Origin: Paraspadella gotoi
Lineage: Eukaryota; Animalia; Chaetognatha
Assembly (NCBI GenBank): GCA_051294375.1
Contig: CM119263.1
Coordinates: 26,617,130 to 26,681,129, forward strand
Direction: 5' to 3'
DNA length: 64,000 bases
In this document: positions 56,160 through 64,000 of the stretch, piece after piece
How the letters are laid out: each line of letters starts with the position of its first letter
Position numbering within the stretch: position 1 is the first letter of the stretch
The notes under the pieces: model-generated
Databases searched by the model: none
Seen by the model: only the letters and a program-made list of their open reading frames with translations
What the model was told of the DNA's origin: nothing
Translations under genes and position numbers: made by a program

Positions 56160-56659
56160 TTCCATTTCCATTTTCATTTTCACTTCCATTTCCATTTCCA
56201 TTTTTACTTTCATTTCCATTTCCATTTCCATTCTCATTCTTTATTTCTGTCATTTTCGATCATTTTGTCAAATTTTTTTCACGTTTTTTCTTTTTTTAAA
56301 TTTTTTTAATTCTCCATTTTTGTTGTCAGTCTTAATTCCATTCTCGGATCCTCCTCCTCATTTCAAATTCTAAATAAACGTCAGATGATCGTTAAATTAA
56401 ATTCACCTGTCATTCTATGGACAGTTTTCTCGTCGTAATTTAATCAATTTGTCTATGTTTTTCTTTCATAGTTATACGTAAAAATCAACTAAAATTCTTG
56501 TTTTTTTCTTCTTCTTCCCGACAATTATTCCATTTTAAATTACTAATATATCATTTTTTATAAGTTCCTGACATTCCCCGTGTCCTCAATAGTCAGTCCC
56601 AACCTATAACTCACTCACTATTTTATATTTTATATTTTCCTTTACTACAGTACAACCTC
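56160..56659 (+). repeat. Direct duplicate of ~52180-52790 (the latter noisy)
   Basis: Shared tttcaaatt(t)ctaaataaacgtcagatga, tacgtaaaaatcaac and ttactacagt in the same order. Confidence 0.85.
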
Positions 56660-57223
56660 NNNNNNNNNNNNNNNNNNNNNNNNNNNNNNNNNNNNNNNNN
56701 NNNNNNNNNNNNNNNNNNNNNNNNNNNNNNNNNNNNNNNNNNNNNNNNNNNNNNNNNNNNNNNNNNNNNNNNNNNNNNNNNNNNNNNNNNNNNNNNNNNN
56801 NNNNNNNNNNNNNNNNNNNNNNNNNNNNNNNNNNNNNNNNNNNNNNNNNNNNNNNNNNNNNNNNNNNNNNNNNNNNNNNNNNNNNNNNNNNNNNNNNNNN
56901 NNNNNNNNNNNNNNNNNNNNNNNNNNNNNNNNNNNNNNNNNNNNNNNNNNNNNNNNNNNNNNNNNNNNNNNNNNNNNNNNNNNNNNNNNNNNNNNNNNNN
57001 NNNNNNNNNNNNNNNNNNNNNNNNNNNNNNNNNNNNNNNNNNNNNNNNNNNNNNNNNNNNNNNNNNNNNNNNNNNNNNNNNNNNNNNNNNNNNNNNNNNN
57101 NNNNNNNNNNNNNNNNNNNNNNNNNNNNNNNNNNNNNNNNNNNNNNNNNNNNNNNNNNNNNNNNNNNNNNNNNNNNNNNNNNNNNNNNNNNNNNNNNNNN
57201 NNNNNNNNNNNNNNNNNNNNNNN

Positions 57224-57641
57224 AAAAAAAACGGCCATTTGATTTGCAGAATTTTAGATTCTGAGTTTTTTTTATTGTTTATATTTTAGTTTTTCTAGTT
57301 TTCCTGTCGTTTTAGATTTTTTTGTTGATCCAATGTCCCATCCGTGTCATTGTCATAATTATATTAATATTGTATATTAATATAACATAGTCATGTTTTG
57401 TCTTCGTTGTCGTCGTCGTCGTCGTCGTCGTCATCGTCCCTGAGTCTCTCATCAACGTTGTTCTTGTCTTTTTTTTGCGCTTTTTGTTGATTTATGTCAT
57501 TATTGATGTCGTCGTTGTCGTCGTCGTCTTTCTCATGGTCTTGTCGTCATTGCTGGCCCCAATAATGTCATCCTATTTAGACAGTCTGGTCCTTCGTGGA
57601 CGTCGTTGTTATTATCGTCGTCTTCCACGTCTTCTTTCTCT

Positions 57642-57678
<37 letters not shown>

Positions 57679-58549
57679 CTTTCGATGATTCCCTTTCGGG
57701 AGTGGAACCTGGAAAATCTCGGCGGTAGAGAGGGGGGGGCGTTGGGGCCGTCGCCTTGACCCTTTAAGATGATGAAGATGAGGAGGAGGAGAAAGAGGAA
57801 GAACATTACGTATGATGATAATGATGATGATGATGCTCATAAAGATGACAATAAAGATGACGGCAATGATAATAATGGAATTCGTGATAATTACGATTAT
57901 GAAGTTTAAAAATGTGCATAAACAATATATAGAATTTATAAGCTCAAGAATAAACGATTTTAAATTGTTTTGTCTCAAAAATGTTTTAAACCTTTTTTTT
58001 TAAAGAAAGTTCTGTCGCTCGACTTAAGCCTGACGAAGAAAAAGCTTTCTATGTTTTTTCTCTCTTTAATTCCTTTGGAACGAATCGAGAATTCTCTTTT
58101 GGGATGGCGAGTCCCACGACAGCGGGGATCGAAATGGAAGGGAAAAAAGGCGGGAGGGGGATATGAATGAGAATCGAGGGCTCAGGTTGAGATTCGAACG
58201 CGAGTTGAGATTCATCCTGGGTTTGCAGGGAATTGACGGCCGATCGGAATCTAGACGAATTTTTAAAGTCAAACCATCGGATATTAACCAGAAGTTGAAC
58301 GAGAAGGGGTTCCCGGTTCAAGTTACNNNNNNNNNNNNNNNNNNNNNNNNNCTCAACCCAAAAAAACAAAAGAGGAGCAGAAAACTCCCACCCCTGACCC
58401 ATCTATTCCAGCATAAACAAAAAAAAAAGAGCGAAAAAACCGCCTTAGAGAAAATCACATAATGCAAAAGATATCGATCTGTTCCTCTCTCTCTCTTCTC
58501 TACTCTCTCTTCTTTCTATCTCTCTCTCTCTCTTCTCTCTCTCTTCCTC

Positions 58550-58580
<31 letters not shown>

Positions 58581-59982
58581 TCTTTCTCGGTCGTCACCAC
58601 GAAGCCGAAGTTCGATCAGCCATAAATCCATTTTCCCCCGGCGAGATCGAGATTGAAGGCAGGCGAGACAGAGCTGAACTCTGACTGGGACATTTCCTGC
58701 CCTTTAGTCCCGGTTCGGTTGTCGTTGTCGTCGTCGTTTGTCGTTGTTCGTCGTGTCATTTGCACTCGCGGTGTGTTCTCTGCCCTTTCCACTCTCACCC
58801 CCCCAAAAAAAAACGGCCATTTGATTTGCCAGAATTTAGATTCCTGAGGTTTTTTTTGATTGTTTATATTTTTAGTTTTTCAGTCCTGTCGTTTTTAGAT
58901 TTTTTTTGTGATGATCCAATGTCCCATCCTGCATGTAAATTATATTTAATATTGTATATTTAATATAACATAGTCATGTTTTGTCTTCGTTGTCGTCGTG
59001 TCGTTTCGTCGTCGTCATCGTCCCTGAGTCTCTCATTCAACGTGTGTTCTGTCTTTTTTTGCGCTTTTTGTTGATTTATGTCATTATTGATGTTCCGTCG
59101 TTGTTCGTCGTCGTCTTTCTTAATTGGTCTTGTCGTCATGCTGGCCCCATAATGTCCATTCTATTTAGACAGTCTGGTTCCTTCGTTGGACCGTCGTTGT
59201 TTGTTATTTATCGTCGGTCTTCCCGTCTTCTTTTCTTCTTCGTCGTCGTCGTCGTCGTTCGTTTCGTCGTTCGTCGTCGACTTTCGATGCATTCCCCTTT
59301 CGGAGTGGAACCTGGGGAAAATCTCGGCGTTAGAGTAGGGTATTAGCAAGGTGAGTGCGTTGGGCTCCGTCGCTTGACCTTTAGATGATTATGAAGAGAG
59401 GAGGGTAGGAAGAAAGATAGGAAGAACATTACGATGAAGATAATGCATGCATGATGTTAATGTCATTTAAAGATGAAATAAAGATACGGGACAATGATAA
59501 TAATTGGAATTCGTGATAATTACGATTATGAACGTTTTAAAAATGTGCATTTAAACAAATATATAGAATTTATAAGCTTCAAAAGAATAAACGATTTAAA
59601 TTGTTTGTCTCAAAAATTTTTTAAACCTTTTTTTTTTAAGAGAAAGTTTCTGTTCGCTCGACTTGAAGCCTGGACGTAAAGAAAAAGCTTACTATGTTTT
59701 TTCTCTCTTTAATTCCTTTGGAACGAATCGGAGAATTCTCTTTGTGGGGATGGCGAAAGTTCCCACGAAACAGCGGGTGATCGAAATGGAAGGGGAAAAA
59801 AGGCGGGGAGGGATATGAATGAGAAATCGAGGGCTCAGGTTTGGATTCGAACGCCGAGTTGAGATTCATCCTGGGTTTGCAGGAATTGCACGGCCGATCG
59901 GAATTCTAGACGAATTTTTTAAAGTCAAACCAATCGATATTAACCAGAAGTTGAACGAGAAGGGGTTCCCGGTTCAAGTTAC
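57224..59982 (+). repeat. ~1.1 kb near-tandem duplication: 57224-58326 and indel-rich 58806-59982
   Basis: Both copies start aaaaaaaacggccatttgatttgc and end ttcccggttcaagttac. The first is flanked by N gaps (56660-57223, 58327-58351). Confidence 0.93.
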
Positions 59983-60011
59983 GCGGTAGAGAGAAGAGTG
60001 TAGAAAAGAGA

Positions 60012-60079
<68 letters not shown>

Positions 60080-60234
60080 AGAGAGAGAGAGAGAGATCAG
60101 ATAAGTCTCCAGTTTTCATCCCCTCGCTTTTCCCCTCCCGTTTCCCTTTTGTCATGGAAATTCAAAACATCCATTTTTTACATTTCTCGTTTCTTCACGA
60201 AAAGGTTCTTGGCGTGGAGGTCGTGAATAAAGTA

Positions 60235-60269
<35 letters not shown>

Positions 60270-60992
60270 AAAGGTTCTATATAAAGGAAAGATGAGGGGA
60301 AAGACGACAGAAGGGAAGAAGTTTGTTGGAGAGATCTGCGATGAAGAAGGATGATGACGTCATTGGCAATGATGTCCCCATGAGTCGTCGATGCTGACAA
60401 AGAGGACGATGACAAGATGAAGAACTCGTCTTGTCGTAGTCGAGGTCATTGGAATTTTATCTTCTCTATTAAATGTGTTTTTTTTTTAATATGGAGCTGT
60501 TGGATACGTGACGAACAATAGAAGAGAAGAAAACGTTAAAAATGATGGTGAAAATACAGTAGATGTCTATAAAAATACAACAAAACGAAATTTTAATTTT
60601 AAAATCTTTGATTATACTTAATTCAGAGATACAATTAATAAATTTGACTGGGACGCGTGAACTAACAACAAGACGCAACCTCTATCGTCAACGTGAAATT
60701 ACTTTTCCTCAATTTCTTTTTGTCTGCATTGACCCTATAATTCAATTTTAATAGACTTTGCATCTGAGCCAATCATTGTTATCGTTTATGATTGAGTTGA
60801 AGAATGAATTCATTCTTACTCTGAAACTTCGTGTCGTTCACACCTCCCTAAAATTCGAAGTTGAATTGCCACGCCCCTTTTTTCGTAAAATCGCTGGTTG
60901 CGGCCTTGACAAGTTTTCGCACAGGCAGGTTGCCACGTCGTCACGATCACACGTTGTCACGTTGTCACGTTTCCAAGTTGTCACTCCGCCAA

Positions 60993-61080
<88 letters not shown>

Positions 61081-62476
61081 ACTCACTACACCTTCGTTTC
61101 CATTTCTATTCTTTCGGTTCGTCGATCGATTTTCAAAATTTTCATTTTGTCAACGAAACAAAATTCCCGAGTTTCGATCAAGAATTCATCGACGAAGACG
61201 AAAACAAAACGAGACAAAACAGGAAAACAGAAAACGCAAGAAACAAATTGTCGTTTGAGACTTTTGATATTTAATATTCGTTTTGTTTCTTACTGTATCA
61301 GGAATCATATTTATGAATGAGGTTTTTTTTTCATTTTCAAGTAGATTTGAGTATTTTTTTCGGCACAAAACTATCCTTCCCAGAAATGAAGTTATGATGA
61401 AATTTATATTTAAAAATAAAGAAAAAAGCTCCAAATATTCCCTTATTTCTTGTTCCCTCGTTTTCTCGACAATAGCAGACGAATTTGGCGAAAACGACTG
61501 AGAAAACAAACGACTTCTTCTCTGGACCCGCGCGCCAATTTTCCCTGACCCGCCACCTTTTTGGCGCCGTTCGACGCCGGTCTCTGCCCTTTTGGCGCCG
61601 GCTTCGATTCCGGTTCCATCGAAATCGTCAGAATCGGCGTCGAATTTCCCTCGGCGCTCGGCGTTCTTTGTCGTTGTTGTTGTTGTGGTTGTTTGGGAAA
61701 ACAAAACCGAGGTTGTCGTCGTCGTCATCGTCGCCGTTCATCCTTTTCTATTGCTCTGCCTCAGGAAATCTTCAAAGAAGCGCATCTCTGCATTTCTGCT
61801 TAGTTCTTCAGATAAGCGCTTCTTTTAACCATCCTTTTAATTCAAAACTCAAAGCCGACAGATTTGTTCGTACTACAAAAAGGCACGCTCGTTTGGTTTG
61901 CGTGATATATTTTAAATATATGGAATCCATATATGGATCCAATTTACTGAAGAAAAGATATTCGTTGATTTGTAATTATTGCTTCCGAAAGAACTTTCAG
62001 GACTACATAATATGAAAATAGGTTTTAAAAGCTTTTAATAGAATTCAAGCGCCTCAAGGATTCCAAATTTAGAATTCATCCATCCCATTCATATCCATAT
62101 CTTTAAGAATTAGGTTCAGCCTTTCTTTCCTTTCTTTACCAATTTTCTGTCTTCACAACTATCTTCTATCTCCATCACAATCTTCATTAAACATAATTCT
62201 CTCTTTATTCCTTTTCATTTTCTCTCCATCGCATGAATGCCGCAACGACAATGAATTACGTATTCTTTCGGAAAGAAAGCGAGTTTTTGGAAGGAGAAAA
62301 GAGGAAAAAGACAAAAAATATAAAAGGAAAATAAAGAAGGAGAAAAGGAGAGAAAGAAATGAAAAGAAAGAGAGAGCGGGAAGAAGCCTTTTCTCCTCAA
62401 AAACCCAGAGGAAATTATCCCAGGCAACAAAGAGACCTCAGATCTATATAGATCGAATAATTATGCGTGAGCGCGC

Positions 62477-62562
<86 letters not shown>

Positions 62563-63534
62563 CTCTCTCTCTCTCTCTTCAACTAACTCACTCACGCTTT
62601 TGGTTGCCTTTGTTTACACTGGGCTCCAAAAAATTTAAAAATTCCGGTGAAAAAAGAGAAGAAGAAAAGTTAATACTGTAGTTGAATTTTTAAAATTATC
62701 AAGAGAAAACTTTCCAAAAAAAAAAGGAAGATAGAAAAAGCTAAAAAAAAAAAGGGAAAAAAGTGCAAAAGAGCATCAAGGGATAAAAGTTTACAGCGAC
62801 AGTTAAAATTTGAAATAAAATTATGATTTAAAGAAGAAAAGGTACATGGGGAAATAAATGTAACTAAAAAGGAATAGAAAAAAAAAGGAAAATAATGTTA
62901 AGACAAACTTTGAAAAGCACAGAAGAACAAGGAGGAGGAGGAAGAGTAGGAGGAGGAAGAGTAGGAGGAACAGGAAGAGGAGGAAGAGAAATCCTCCCCG
63001 ACGAAAACCTTCGGTGGCAGAATCTGACCTCTCGTGTGTCGAAACTCTTTTTCTTGCTACTCCTCCCCCTTCTCCTACTTATTTTACTCCTCCCAAACAT
63101 TCTACCCTTCTTCCTCCTAATTCTCCTCTTTGTAATTCTCCTCTAATTTGTTATTCTCCAGCTCGCCCATACAGACCAGCATCAGGCTGGCTGGCTTCAT
63201 CTCCTGACCCCAGAGCACTCCTACTACCAATTCCAACTTCAAACAAACTCCGAGCCACTCCAAAATCCCTCGCCGATTCAACTCTGCCTCAATTCAGTCC
63301 CTCCCTCCCGATGAACTCTGCCCCCTGGATGCTCTTGCTTTTCCTCCCGGGAGAAAAGGAGAGGTGGCAACTCACTCAAGATTCTGGATTCATTCTCTCT
63401 TCTTCGTCCACTCTGTCTCTCGGTGTCTCTGTCTCTCTCTTTGCTTCCTTTTTTTTTGGTCTTATTGGGGGACTCTTAATTGCGGGGACTCTTAATTTTA
63501 TTTATAAAGTATTGATTGCAATTCTTTCTTTTCA

Positions 63535-63537
63535 TTT

Positions 63538-63573
<36 letters not shown>

Positions 63574-63656
63574 TTTTTCTTTCTTTCTTTCTTTCTTTTT
63601 TTTATATTTATCTTTTTTCTTTCTTTCTTTTTCTCTTTTTTCTTTCCTTCTTTATT

Positions 63657-63733
<77 letters not shown>

Positions 63734-63734
63734 C

Positions 63735-63778
<44 letters not shown>

Positions 63779-63790
63779 CTTTCTTTCTCA
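63535..63790 (+). repeat. (CTTT)n / (CTAT)n compound microsatellite
   Basis: ctatctat run at 63657-63755 flanked by ctttcttt runs. Confidence 0.95.
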
Positions 63791-64000
63791 TTTTCTTCCC
63801 ATCTTTCTTTCCCGCCTCCCTTTTTTTCTTTCCTCCTTTCTCTCTTTCCGGTTTCAAAAGAAAGTTTCCTTTTTCTCCGGTTTCGGTTTTCGATACCAAA
63901 AAGTCAAACTCATCCTTATTCCGTGGGTCATTCGGTTCTTCTCTCTTCTTTTTCCGGTTTCACTCACTCGAACCGATTTCACGAGAATCTATCCACACTC

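Noticed and set aside
63468-63497. 14-bp direct repeat ggggactcttaatt x2 as a target-site duplication
   Set aside because: Only 2 bp between the copies; a simple local tandem duplication.

Overview
AT-rich, microsatellite-dense eukaryotic (animal, probably invertebrate) draft-assembly scaffold with many N gaps. I can support only one protein-coding gene: a Quaking/How (STAR-family KH RNA-binding protein) on the minus strand, ATG 34348 to TGA 33267, interrupted by a 271-N gap. Its visible coding sequence has no intron. Its real C-terminus (…[12 protein letters not shown], a QKI-5/How(L)-type nuclear localisation motif) lies in a frame the ORF track missed. A 3' splice acceptor sits 26 nt upstream of the ATG. 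A large part of the window is redundant: a ~12.6 kb direct duplication (270-12900 vs 14449-27040), a ~2.9 kb-arm inverted duplication (49312-56027), a 1.1 kb near-tandem duplication (57224-59982) and smaller copies. Their indel-dominated differences and adjacent 25-N gaps point to long-read gap-filling artefacts rather than biology. Nearly all other ORF-track entries come from (AG)n, (ATC)n, (GTC)n repeats or N runs. The most interesting, but speculative, signal is two minisatellites in the locus whose units contain STAR/Quaking-binding motifs. I found no convincing novel multi-gene system, CRISPR array or autonomous transposon.
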